From positions 5,799 through 69,798 of the forward strand of contig NZ_DASWWG010000017.1 in NCBI RefSeq assembly GCF_036400995.1: DNA of 64,000 bases. Direction: 5' to 3'. Source of the stretch: Brevundimonas sp. GTDB lineage: Bacteria > Pseudomonadota > Alphaproteobacteria > Caulobacterales > Caulobacteraceae. The position numbers and the translations under genes are program-made. This document shows positions 36,938-47,744 of the stretch, piece by piece (the first letter of the stretch is position 1; every line of letters starts with the position of its first letter). The notes under the pieces were generated by a model. It ran no database searches and was not told where the DNA came from. It was given only the letters and a program-made list of their open reading frames with translations.

Positions 36938-37082
36938 CCTTCTCCCCTTGAGGGAGAAGGTGGGCGGCGGAGCCGCTCGGATGAGGGGGCTGTCGGCCCC
37001 TCAAACGGAAAGAGGGGGAGCCGTCTCCGGCATCCCCCTCATCCGGCCCTGACGGGCCACCTTCTCCCTCGAGGGGAGAAGG
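36938..37082. repeat. Composite nested-palindrome element filling the gap between convergent genes
   Basis: Hairpin A is CCTTCTCCC-CTTGA-GGGAGAAGG (36938-36960). Hairpin B is CCTTCTCCC-TCGAG-GGGAGAAGG (37060-37082). There is a perfect 12-bp inner inverted repeat CGGATGAGGGGG (36978-36989) / CCCCCTCATCCG (37034-37045) and an innermost CCCCTC / GAGGGG pair. Confidence 0.65.
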
Positions 37083-37084
37083 GA

Positions 37085-39532
<2,448 letters not shown>

Positions 39533-39612
39533 GGAACAGCCCCTTGAGCGCCCGCCGACTTGCGGGCGGCGCACGCTAGGGGCCGTGTCCGAGTCCGGTC
39601 AAGCTCTGAACG

Positions 39613-40137
39613 TTACGGTGTATCAGTCCGCGGCGGCGCGGGCGCCTGCCCGGGGAAGCGGGCGTCCTTCGCCTCGAACCAGGCCTCGCGCAGCCCCTGC
39701 CGCGGCAGGTCGGTGCCCAGCTGGGCCAGCTGGCCGACCCAGGCTTCCGACACCTTCTCCACCGTCTCCGACACCCATCCCGGCGCCTGCTGGTGCGACC
39801 AGTTCAGCGGCGAGACGGCGTTGAAGACCAGCAGGAACAGGCTGGCGAACACCAGCGTCCGGCTGGTCCAGCGCATGTCGCGCGCCGCCACCCCCTCGTC
39901 GTCCAGCGGCGGCGCGGGCGGGAAGGCGAACCGGCCCAGCGCCATCAAGGTGCTCTCCCGCACCGGCTCCGGCGCGGTCGGCAGGTCATGGGCGTCGGCC
40001 GACTGGATCCAGTCGCTCGGCGGATCGCGCGGCGGCAGGCTCTCATACAGCGGCGGGAACGGCGATTCCGGCCGGTGCACGGGGAAGGGCTCCAGCGGAA
40101 CCCCGCCCTCTCCTGTCCTGTCCCTGTCGTCGGTCAT
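39613..40137 (-). CDS. Hypothetical membrane-anchored protein, last gene of the MBOAT/SGNH run
   Basis: 174 aa. Pro-rich N-terminal part, one TM segment (TLVFASLFLLVFNAV). It begins 15 nt after the MBOAT gene. I recognise no family motif. Confidence 0.45.
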   Translation of the reverse strand: MTDDRDRTGEGGVPLEPFPVHRPESPFPPLYESLPPRDPPSDWIQSADAHDLPTAPEPVRESTLMALGRFAFPPAPPLDDEGVAARDMRWTSRTLVFASLFLLVFNAVSPLNWSHQQAPGWVSETVEKVSEAWVGQLAQLGTDLPRQGLREAWFEAKDARFPGQAPAPPRTDTP

Positions 40138-40152
40138 GCCTGCTCCAACGGT

Positions 40153-41568
40153 TCAGAACTGGAAATAGATGAAGGGCGCCACGCCCTCGGGCCGCACGGC
40201 CTCGACCAGCAGGATGGCCACCCCGATCAGGACGCCCAGGGTGATCGACGGCGCCGCCTTCAGCCGCTCCGTCATCCCCTCGACCGCCCGCGGCGGCAGC
40301 CAGTGCATGGCCAACCCGCCGAGGATCAGCACCAGCAACAGCGGCGTCAGCATCGTCACCGGTCCCATCCGGCCCAGCCCCGCCAGCATGGCCATGGCCA
40401 GGTCGAAGGTCTCGGCCCGGAACAGGATCCAGCCCAGGCAGACGATGTGGAAGGTGATCAGCACCCCCAGCACCGTCGGCATCACCTTGCGGTCCCCGAA
40501 CACCGAACGGCCCAGCCGCTCGATCACCTGCACGCCCCCGTGCAGCGCGCCCCAGGCCAGAAAGGTCCACGCCGCCCCATGCCACAGCCCGCCCAGCACC
40601 ATGGTGATGAAGACGTTCAGGCACGACCGCAGCAGACCCTTCCGCCCGCCGCCCAGCGGCACATACAGATAGTCGCGCAGCCAGCTGGACAGGCTGATGT
40701 GCCACCGCCGCCAGAAGTCCTGCATCGACGACGCCCGGTACGGCTGGTCGAAGTTTCGCGGGAACGAATAGCCCAGCAGGGCCGCGATCCCGATCGCCAT
40801 GTCCGAATAGGCCGAGAAGTCGCAGTAGATCTGCACCGCATAGCCGTAGACCGCCGCCGCGATGTCGATGGCCGAATGGGCCGACGGGTCGAAGAAGACC
40901 GGGTCGACCAGGTTCACCGACAGCTCGGACGCGATCACCGTCTTCTTGAACAGGCCCCAGCAGATCAGCAGCAGGCCGTGCGTCGCCATTTCCCGCGTCA
41001 GCCGCGGCGTCCGCTCGAACTGCGGCAGCAGGTCCGACGCCCGCACGATGGGCCCGGCCACCAGATGCGGGAAGAAGCTCATCAGCAGCATGACGTCCAG
41101 CAGGCTCTTCGCCGGCGGCGTCTTCCCGCGATGCACGTCCACGACGTAGCTGATGCCCTGGAAGGTGAAGAAGGAAATCCCCACCGGCAGGACGATCTCC
41201 AGCAGCGGCAGGTCCCGCTCCCAGCCGAACTGCGCCAGCAGGTCGCCCGCCTGTTCGACGAAGAAGCCGTAGTATTTGAAGAAGCCGAGGATCAGCAGGT
41301 TGGCCGCGACGCCCAGCCCGACCAGCCAGCCGCGCTTCGCATCTGTCCCGTCCCGCTCCATCTTGCGCGCGATCAGCGCCGCGATGCCCCAGTTCAGGAC
41401 AGCCGACAGGATCAGCAGGCCGACGAACCGCCAGTCCCACTGGGCGTAGAAGAACCAGCTGGCCAGCAGCAGGAACAGCTTGCGCCGCCCGTTCTCGCGC
41501 TCCAGCGACCAGGCGGTGAAATAGACGAACAGGAAGAAGACGCCGAAGGCGAGCGTGGGGAACAGCAC
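40153..41568 (-). CDS. MBOAT-family membrane O-acyltransferase (AlgI / DltB / PatA-like)
   Basis: Polytopic, 471 aa. MBOAT signature FWRRWHISLSSWLRDYLYVPLGG and GLWHGAAWTF. The GTG start overlaps the upstream stop. Confidence 0.85.
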   Translation of the reverse strand: MLFPTLAFGVFFLFVYFTAWSLERENGRRKLFLLLASWFFYAQWDWRFVGLLILSAVLNWGIAALIARKMERDGTDAKRGWLVGLGVAANLLILGFFKYYGFFVEQAGDLLAQFGWERDLPLLEIVLPVGISFFTFQGISYVVDVHRGKTPPAKSLLDVMLLMSFFPHLVAGPIVRASDLLPQFERTPRLTREMATHGLLLICWGLFKKTVIASELSVNLVDPVFFDPSAHSAIDIAAAVYGYAVQIYCDFSAYSDMAIGIAALLGYSFPRNFDQPYRASSMQDFWRRWHISLSSWLRDYLYVPLGGGRKGLLRSCLNVFITMVLGGLWHGAAWTFLAWGALHGGVQVIERLGRSVFGDRKVMPTVLGVLITFHIVCLGWILFRAETFDLAMAMLAGLGRMGPVTMLTPLLLVLILGGLAMHWLPPRAVEGMTERLKAAPSITLGVLIGVAILLVEAVRPEGVAPFIYFQF

Positions 41569-42833
41569 TAGTCCACGCTCCCCTGATCAGCCTTCCAACG
41601 GTCATAGGCGCCCGTCAGGTCGCCCGAAAGGATGCCGCCGATCCAGTCGGCCCCCGCACTCGTGAAATGGACCCGGTCGCCGCGCATCAGGGGCTCGGCC
41701 CCCAGCGCCAGACGATCCGCCGAACAGTCTCCCCCCATTCGACCGTGCCAGTCCCATAACGCGACGCCCAGATCGGCGGCGACCCGGCGTTGCACGTCCC
41801 GGACCACCGCCAGCTTCGGCGGCGGCGCGCGTAGTCCGTCGGCGCTGCAGCCCCCCGCCGCCCCGTTCCTCAGCCCGTCCGGCGCGCCCAGCAACAGCAG
41901 CGACGCCCCCGGCGCCAGCCGCCGCAGCCGCGCCACCTGCCCGCGCAGCAGGGCCTCGTAGGCGGCGGGGTCCAGCCCGTCGTCGAATCCATCATTGATT
42001 CCGAACGCCAACACGATCAGGTCCGGCCGCCACGCCATCAGCTCGGCCGCGACGGTCGCCTCGTCCCGCACCGCCAGATCGCGCAGGCTTGCCCCCACCC
42101 GTCCCAGATTGGACACGGTCACGCCCCGGGCGGCGCCGTCCAGCCGCACGGAGTCGATCACCACCCCCTCGCCCCGCGCCACCAGCCGCACCGAGCGCGC
42201 GCCGCCCGGCAGGGGCAGGTCGCGGCAGACCTCGTCACGGCCGCCGCCCAGATCCAGTTCGCGGCCGACGCCGCCCGCCTCGACGATCAGTGGCGATCCA
42301 TTCGCCGCCCCGCGCCCGCAGACGCCCAGCGTCGTCGCCTCCACCCCGGGCTCCAGATCGAAGCCCATCATCGCGTCGCGCACCCCCGTCGCCCGCGTGC
42401 CCGCCAGACCCGTGCGCGGCGTCGGCGCGCCCGCCGGCGGCTGCAGCGGCGCGTTCTCCATCACCCAGCCGCGCTGGCCCACCGTCACCTGATAGGGCGC
42501 ATAGCCGTCATAGGGGACGCCCGGCGGCAGCACGCCCCGCCCCGCCCGGCCGAACCGCCGTTGCAGATCGACGCGCAGCTTGCCGGTGATCCGGTCGCCC
42601 GCCGTGTGGCTGTCGCCGATCTGCAGGATGTGGACGGGCCGGTCGCGCGTCCCGGCCTCCGTCGCCGCCAGCGCGGCGAACACCCCCGCCAGCGCCTCGG
42701 GCTGGCACACGCCGCCCGGGCAGACGCCGACGCCCGGCTCGGGCGCCGATTGGGCGACATAGGGGGTCTGGGCCGCGACCGGAGCCGCGACCGACAGCAG
42801 GACCGCGATCAGCGCGCCCCGCGCGGTTCCCAC
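41568..42833 (-). CDS. Exported SGNH/GDSL-family hydrolase or acyltransferase with a large insertion
   Basis: Signal peptide ending AAPVAAQ. Block I ILQIGDSHTAGD, block III LIVLAFGINDG, block V DRVHFTSAG. About 190 aa lie between blocks I and III. Confidence 0.7.
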   Translation of the reverse strand: MGTARGALIAVLLSVAAPVAAQTPYVAQSAPEPGVGVCPGGVCQPEALAGVFAALAATEAGTRDRPVHILQIGDSHTAGDRITGKLRVDLQRRFGRAGRGVLPPGVPYDGYAPYQVTVGQRGWVMENAPLQPPAGAPTPRTGLAGTRATGVRDAMMGFDLEPGVEATTLGVCGRGAANGSPLIVEAGGVGRELDLGGGRDEVCRDLPLPGGARSVRLVARGEGVVIDSVRLDGAARGVTVSNLGRVGASLRDLAVRDEATVAAELMAWRPDLIVLAFGINDGFDDGLDPAAYEALLRGQVARLRRLAPGASLLLLGAPDGLRNGAAGGCSADGLRAPPPKLAVVRDVQRRVAADLGVALWDWHGRMGGDCSADRLALGAEPLMRGDRVHFTSAGADWIGGILSGDLTGAYDRWKADQGSVD

Positions 42834-42835
42834 GA

Positions 42836-43774
42836 TCAGGCCGCGGGGTCCGCGGTCAGACCCGCGTCGCGCTTCAGCCGCTCGGCCACCGGCGCGCTCA
42901 TCCGCAGATACCCGGCCATCGACATGTGGATGCCGTCGTTGGCCCGCATCAGGGTGCGGCGGCCCGCGTCGTTCGGCAGATAGGCCTCGTACCCGCCCTC
43001 GGCGTTCGAGGTCAGGGCCGTCGTCTCGATATAGGGCACGCCCAGCGCCCGCATCCGCTCGGACACCACGCCGTTGATCAGGGCCATCCGCCCGTCAAAG
43101 CTCTCGCGCTTCATGCGCGGCAGGCCGACCCAGTAGACGGCCACGTCGCGGCTGCGCAGCAGGGCGACCAGATCGTCCACCCGCTTCGCATAGGCGGCCT
43201 TCCAGCCGTCGGTGCCGAAGGCGTGCACCTGCCCGTCCAGTTCGATGCCCTGGGCGTCGTTGGTGCCGAACAGGATCACCGCCACGTCCACCGGCTGGGC
43301 GTCCAGCTGGCTGCGGGTCCGGGCCTGGATGTCGACGTAGTCGTAGCGGCTCAGGCCCGTGGAGACCTGCGAGAACTTGGTCACGCTGACGTTCGGCTGG
43401 CCCTGCAGGTCCCGATACAGGCCAGTGTACAGGCCGTCGGCCATCGAATCCCCAAACACCCCGATGCGCAGCTCGCCCTTGGCCAGACGGGCGTTCAGCG
43501 GGGTCACATGGGCCACGACCGGCGCGGGACCAGCGGGCGGGGCCACGGGCGGAGCCTCGGTCTCGACGGACGGCGGCGCGGAAGCGGACGCCTGCCCGCC
43601 CAGCAGCAGGGTCGGATGGCGCATCCACGCGCGACCGTCCGGCGTCAGCGCCAGACCCGCGACCACGCCGACCACGAACGTCGCCGTCAGTGTGTTGATG
43701 CCGACCTTCAACTCGCCCGCCCCCGGAAACCGATACGGACCCTTCTTAACCCATCCGTCGTCCGCCGCCACCAA
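42836..43774 (-). CDS. Membrane-anchored SGNH-like protein (DUF459-like); start uncertain
   Basis: TM anchor INTLTATFVVGVVAGLAL. Blocks IGVFGDSMADGL, VAVILFGTNDAQG, NDGIHMSMAGY. The ORF begins with TTG, and other in-frame starts exist. Confidence 0.65.
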   Translation of the reverse strand: MVAADDGWVKKGPYRFPGAGELKVGINTLTATFVVGVVAGLALTPDGRAWMRHPTLLLGGQASASAPPSVETEAPPVAPPAGPAPVVAHVTPLNARLAKGELRIGVFGDSMADGLYTGLYRDLQGQPNVSVTKFSQVSTGLSRYDYVDIQARTRSQLDAQPVDVAVILFGTNDAQGIELDGQVHAFGTDGWKAAYAKRVDDLVALLRSRDVAVYWVGLPRMKRESFDGRMALINGVVSERMRALGVPYIETTALTSNAEGGYEAYLPNDAGRRTLMRANDGIHMSMAGYLRMSAPVAERLKRDAGLTADPAA

Positions 43775-43819
43775 ACGCCCGCGTGACGGGAAGAAAAAGG
43801 TTAACCCGTGTCGCGGAAA

Positions 43820-44233
43820 TCAGCCCCACTTCCCTTCCGCCCAGCGCGCGGCGAAGTAGCCCGCCGTCGCGCAGGTGGCGGTCAGAGCCGTGCCCCAGGC
43901 CAGGTCGATCAGCGTCAGCTTGGTGGACCAGGCGTTCAGCGTCGCCTGGTTGGTCAGGTCATAGGTCGCATAGGCGACGAACCCCAGGACCGCCCCGCTG
44001 ACCGTCGCCCGCATCCAGCCGCCCGACGACAGCGCCGGCGCGACCGCCAGGAACACCGTCCCGGCGATGGAGATCAGATAGAAAGCTACCGCAGCGACCA
44101 TGTTCGGCTTATCGGCCAGGATCGGCCCCAGCACCGGCTTGTACAGCCGGTCCGTCATCGTCGTCAGCCACACCGCGTCGATCGCGGCGAAGGTCACCCC
44201 GGCGCCCAGATAGGCGAACACATACTTCAGCAT
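43820..44233 (-). CDS. DUF2177 family membrane protein
   Basis: 137 aa, four hydrophobic segments. AIDAVWLTTMTDRLYKPVLGPIL and YATYDLTNQATLNAWS are typical of this family. GGAGGGG Shine-Dalgarno. Confidence 0.75.
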   Translation of the reverse strand: MLKYVFAYLGAGVTFAAIDAVWLTTMTDRLYKPVLGPILADKPNMVAAVAFYLISIAGTVFLAVAPALSSGGWMRATVSGAVLGFVAYATYDLTNQATLNAWSTKLTLIDLAWGTALTATCATAGYFAARWAEGKWG

Positions 44234-44243
44234 CGTCCCCTCC

Positions 44244-45278
44244 TCAGGCCGGCTTCAGGCGATAGTGGCTGACGGCCCAGGTCTTGCCGCCGTCGTTTCC
44301 GAACAGACCCGCCGTGGCCATGTAGAACCGCCGCCAGCGCCGCCGCCAAAGCTCGGCGTCCGCGCCGTAGGTCTCGCGCATCAGGGCCATCACCCGCTCG
44401 GGTTCGGCGTCCATGTTCCTCAGCCAGTCGTCGGCGGTGCGCTGGTAGTTCACGCCGTTCCAGGTCCATTCCTGCTCGACCTCGAACAGGTCGGGAAACT
44501 CCCGCATCAGTCCCCGGCTGGGCATCACCCCGCCGGTGAAGAAATGCTGCGCGATGAAGTCGCCGCTGTCGGTGTGGTCGAACCGGTAGGGCGCGTCGCG
44601 GTGGGTGAAGATGTGCACGAACATCCGCCCGTCCGCCTTCAGCCAGCCCCGCGCCCGCGTCAGCAGCGCCCGCCAGTTGGCCATGTGCTCGAACATCTCG
44701 ACCGAGACGATCCGGTCGAACACCGCCTCCGTCTGGAAATCGTTCATGTCGCAGGTGACGACGGTCAGGTTCTTCAGCCCGCGCGCCCGCGCCTCGGCCT
44801 CGATATGCCCGCGCTGTCCATGGCTGTTCGACACGGCGGTGATCCGGCTGTCGGGATAGCGCTCCGCCATCCACAGGCTCAGCGAACCCCAGCCGCAGCC
44901 CAGCTCCAGCACCGACTGGCCGTTCTGCAGATCGGCGTGCAGGCAGGTCGCGGCCAGCGCCACCTCCTCCGCCTGCTCCAGCGTGGTCGTCGGGTTCGGA
45001 TACAGGCAGCAGGAGTATTTCAGCCGCGGCCCCAGACAGATGCGGAAGAACTCGGGCGGCAGCTCGTAGTGCTGGTCATTGGCCGCGTCGGCGTGCTCGG
45101 CGATGGCCCGCTCGGCCATCTGGCGGGCGAAGGCGCCCTGATCATGCGGCCCTTCCCGGTCCAGACGCTTGCGCGCCTCGCTGACCAGACTGTCGATGGC
45201 GGGCCGCGTCACGAAATCCGGAAACGGCGCGTCCTGAAGATGGCGAATGGCGATGTTCACGAGGCTCATGTCCTGCAT
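44244..45278 (-). CDS. Cyclopropane-fatty-acyl-phospholipid synthase family SAM-dependent methyltransferase
   Basis: HYELPPEFFRICLGPRLKYSCCLY. SAM motif VLELGCGWGSLSLWMAERYP. SVEMFEHM. Confidence 0.85.
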   Translation of the reverse strand: MQDMSLVNIAIRHLQDAPFPDFVTRPAIDSLVSEARKRLDREGPHDQGAFARQMAERAIAEHADAANDQHYELPPEFFRICLGPRLKYSCCLYPNPTTTLEQAEEVALAATCLHADLQNGQSVLELGCGWGSLSLWMAERYPDSRITAVSNSHGQRGHIEAEARARGLKNLTVVTCDMNDFQTEAVFDRIVSVEMFEHMANWRALLTRARGWLKADGRMFVHIFTHRDAPYRFDHTDSGDFIAQHFFTGGVMPSRGLMREFPDLFEVEQEWTWNGVNYQRTADDWLRNMDAEPERVMALMRETYGADAELWRRRWRRFYMATAGLFGNDGGKTWAVSHYRLKPA

Positions 45279-45326
45279 ACGCCGACCGGCGGTGTTTGGA
45301 TGCAGGCGCCGCCCATTCCTACCCGG

Positions 45327-45482
45327 CTATCGTCATCCCGACGAAAGTCGGGACCCAGCGGCGCCGCGACGGCGGCGAAACACTGAAGGTCGATACTGAA
45401 GCAGTGGCGCTCCCGACAGCTTCGCGCTCTCGCGCGCCGCTGGGTCCCGGGGTTCGCTTCGCGCCCCCGGGATGACGATAGC
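45327..45482. repeat. MITE-like element with ~38-48-bp terminal inverted repeats
   Basis: The left arm GCTATCGTCATCCCGACGAAAGTCGGGACCCAGCGGCGC (45327-45364) matches the right arm GCGCCGCTGGGTCCCGGGGTTCGCTTCGCGCCCCCGGGATGACGATAGC (45434-45482). The termini are TATCGTCATCCCG / CGGGATGACGATA. Each arm contains its own small hairpin. Confidence 0.6.
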
Positions 45483-45841
45483 GACAACAGCGACACGACC
45501 AATCCTGCCGCATCGGCCTGCTAGAGTACGCCCTGCCGCTTCACCTCAACTAATAGACGATCACCCGGATAATAATCCGCCCTCTTCAAGCCCCGATTTT
45601 CCTCAAACCCCCGCCACGGCTGGATTTCCGCCCGATCTGCCCGATAGACGACCTGGAGGACATAGACGGCATAGACGGTTTATTTGCATCGTCTCCACCG
45701 TTTCATCCGCCCCGGTTTTCAGGCCGCCCTCCGCCGATCATCCGAAAGGCCGATCCGCCACACTTGCCCCGCCCGTTCCCTCGCGTTAGGGACGAGCCAA
45801 GGTCGCCGATATTCATCAGGCGATGAAAACATGAGGAAGCG

Positions 45842-46546
45842 ATGCGGAAGATCTTTCCCGACGTGGCGTCCGCGCTGGAAGGCCTGACGTTCGACGGCAT
45901 GACCGTCATGTCCGGCGGTTTCGGCCTGTGCGGCATTCCCGAGAAGCTGATCGCGGGCCTGCGCGACTCGGGCGTGAAGGGGATCACCGTCATCTCCAAC
46001 AACGCCGGCGTCGACGGCTTCGGCCTGGGCCAGCTGCTCGAGACGAAACAGATCGCCAAGATGATCTCGTCCTACGTCGGCGAGAACAAGGAATTCGAGC
46101 GCCAGTACCTCGCCGGCGAGCTCCAGCTGGAGTTCAACCCGCAGGGCACCCTGGCCGAGCGCATCCGCGCGGGCGGCGCGGGCATCCCCGCCTTCTTCAC
46201 CGCCACCGGCGTCGGCACCCTGGTCGCCGAGGGCAAGGAAGTGCGCAACTTCGGCGGCCGCGACTACGTCATGGAGACCGGCCTCGTCGCCGACCTGGCC
46301 ATCGTCAAGGCGTGGAAGGCCGACGAGCGCGGCAACCTCGTCTTCCGCAAGACGGCCCGCAACTTCAACCCGATGATGGCCACGGCCGGCAAGGTCACCG
46401 TCGTCGAGGTCGAGGAGATCGTCCCCACCGGCTCGATCAACCCCGACCACATCCACACCCCGGGCATCTACGTCGACCGCATCGTCCAGACCGTGTCCGA
46501 GAAGCGCATCGAACAGCGGACGGTTCGACAGCGCGAGACGGCCTGA
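45842..46546 (+). CDS. scoA: 3-oxoacid CoA-transferase subunit A
   Basis: [43 protein letters not shown] Shine-Dalgarno. 234 aa. Confidence 0.9.
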   Translation: MRKIFPDVASALEGLTFDGMTVMSGGFGLCGIPEKLIAGLRDSGVKGITVISNNAGVDGFGLGQLLETKQIAKMISSYVGENKEFERQYLAGELQLEFNPQGTLAERIRAGGAGIPAFFTATGVGTLVAEGKEVRNFGGRDYVMETGLVADLAIVKAWKADERGNLVFRKTARNFNPMMATAGKVTVVEVEEIVPTGSINPDHIHTPGIYVDRIVQTVSEKRIEQRTVRQRETA

Positions 46547-46548
46547 TC

Positions 46549-46580
46549 GGGGGCGTGGGGTGTCGGGTATGGGGTGTGAC
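46549..46580 (+). repeat. G-tract arm (GGGG-N3 repeats) left of the four-helix-bundle gene
   Basis: GGGGGCGTGGGGTGTCGGGTATGGGGTGTGAC contains four G-tracts with 3-nt spacers. It is an imperfect reverse complement of 47000-47030. Confidence 0.6.
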
Positions 46581-46582
46581 AG

Positions 46583-46966
46583 GTGACAGCGCCGCTCAAA
46601 TCCTACCGGGAACTGACCGTCTGGCGTGACGGCATCGCCTTGGTGAAGGCGTGCTACCTCGTCACCCGATCATTTCCGAAGGATGAGCCGTTCGGCCTGA
46701 CCTCCCAGATCAGACGCTCCGCCGTCTCCGTTCCGGCCAATGTCGCCGAAGGATACGGACGAGGCACCCGGAAGGACTACGTCAGGCATCTTATGATCGC
46801 GCAGGGCTCACTGAAGGAACTCGAGACCCACCTGATCATCGCGGCGGAAGTCGAGCTCGTCGGCCGCGCCCAGACCGAACCGGTGCTCGACCGGTGCGAT
46901 CAACTGGGCCGAGGCCTCGGAGCCCTCATCCGATCTCTTCGCGTAAAAGACGCCACAGACACCTGA
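46583..46966 (+). CDS. Four-helix-bundle protein (23S rRNA intervening-sequence protein family)
   Basis: 127 aa, GTG start. [77 protein letters not shown] is the family pattern. Confidence 0.8.
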   Translation: MTAPLKSYRELTVWRDGIALVKACYLVTRSFPKDEPFGLTSQIRRSAVSVPANVAEGYGRGTRKDYVRHLMIAQGSLKELETHLIIAAEVELVGRAQTEPVLDRCDQLGRGLGALIRSLRVKDATDT

Positions 46967-46999
46967 ACCCCGCCACCCGAACTCCACTCCCCACTTCCC

Positions 47000-47030
47000 G
47001 TCACACCCCACACCCCATCCCCCACACCCC
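47000..47030 (+). repeat. C-tract arm right of the four-helix-bundle gene
   Basis: GTCACACCCCACACCCCATCCCCCACACCCC. Its reverse complement GGGGTGTGGGGGATGGGGTGTGGGGTGTGAC shares the terminal TGGGGTGTGAC and the GGGGTGT periodicity with the left arm. Confidence 0.6.
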
Positions 47031-47039
47031 GGATCCCCT

Positions 47040-47693
47040 ATGCCCCGCACCCGCGAACAACTGGCTGAACGCGCCGCGAAAGAGCTGCAGGACGGCTTCT
47101 ACGTGAACCTCGGCATCGGCATTCCGACCCTGGTCGCCAACTACATCCCCGAGGGGATGGAAGTGACGCTCCAGTCCGAGAACGGCATGCTGGGCATGGG
47201 CCCCTTCCCGTATGACGACGAGGTCGATCCCGACCTGATCAACGCGGGCAAGCAGACCATCACCGCCATCCCCGAGAGCAGCTACTTCAGCTCCTCGGAC
47301 AGCTTCGCCATGATCCGTGGCGGCCACATCAACCTGTCCATCTTGGGCGCCATGGAAGTGGCCGAGAACGGCGACATCGCCAACTGGATGATCCCGGGCA
47401 AGCTGGTGAAGGGCATGGGCGGCGCCATGGATCTGGTCGCGGGCGTCAAGCGCGTGGTCGTGGTCATGGATCACGCCAACAAGCACGGCCAGTCCAAGGT
47501 CCTGAAGGCCTGCACCCTGCCCCTGACCGGCACGGGCGTGGTCAGCCGCATCATCACCGACCTGTGCGTCTTCGACGTGCAGCCGGACGGCGCCGGTCTG
47601 GAGCTGATCGAACTGGCCGACGGCGTCACCCTCGACGAGGTGGCCTCGAAGACTGAGGCGACCTACACCGTTGCCGACAGCCTGAAGTCGTAG
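47040..47693 (+). CDS. scoB: 3-oxoacid CoA-transferase subunit B
   Basis: [37 protein letters not shown]. Catalytic-Glu motif [12 protein letters not shown]. 217 aa. Confidence 0.9.
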   Translation: MPRTREQLAERAAKELQDGFYVNLGIGIPTLVANYIPEGMEVTLQSENGMLGMGPFPYDDEVDPDLINAGKQTITAIPESSYFSSSDSFAMIRGGHINLSILGAMEVAENGDIANWMIPGKLVKGMGGAMDLVAGVKRVVVVMDHANKHGQSKVLKACTLPLTGTGVVSRIITDLCVFDVQPDGAGLELIELADGVTLDEVASKTEATYTVADSLKS

Positions 47694-47744
47694 TTAACCT
47701 TCCACCCAGCGGGCCGGGAGAGCCTGTTGGGTGGGAGTAGGCTT

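Noticed and set aside
36774-37004. Small ORFs that translate the palindromic repeats, such as the 76-aa ORF containing PHPSGSAAHLLPQGEKDSG and the N-terminal extensions of the fpr and amidase track ORFs.
   Set aside because: The peptide-like strings arise from reading hairpin arms of a dispersed DNA repeat. They have no start context and they overlap terminator-like structures.
46549-47030. G-rich / C-rich short repeats as a CRISPR-like or tandem-repeat array.
   Set aside because: There are only two arms, in inverted orientation, flanking a protein-coding gene. There is no repeat-spacer periodicity and no cas genes.
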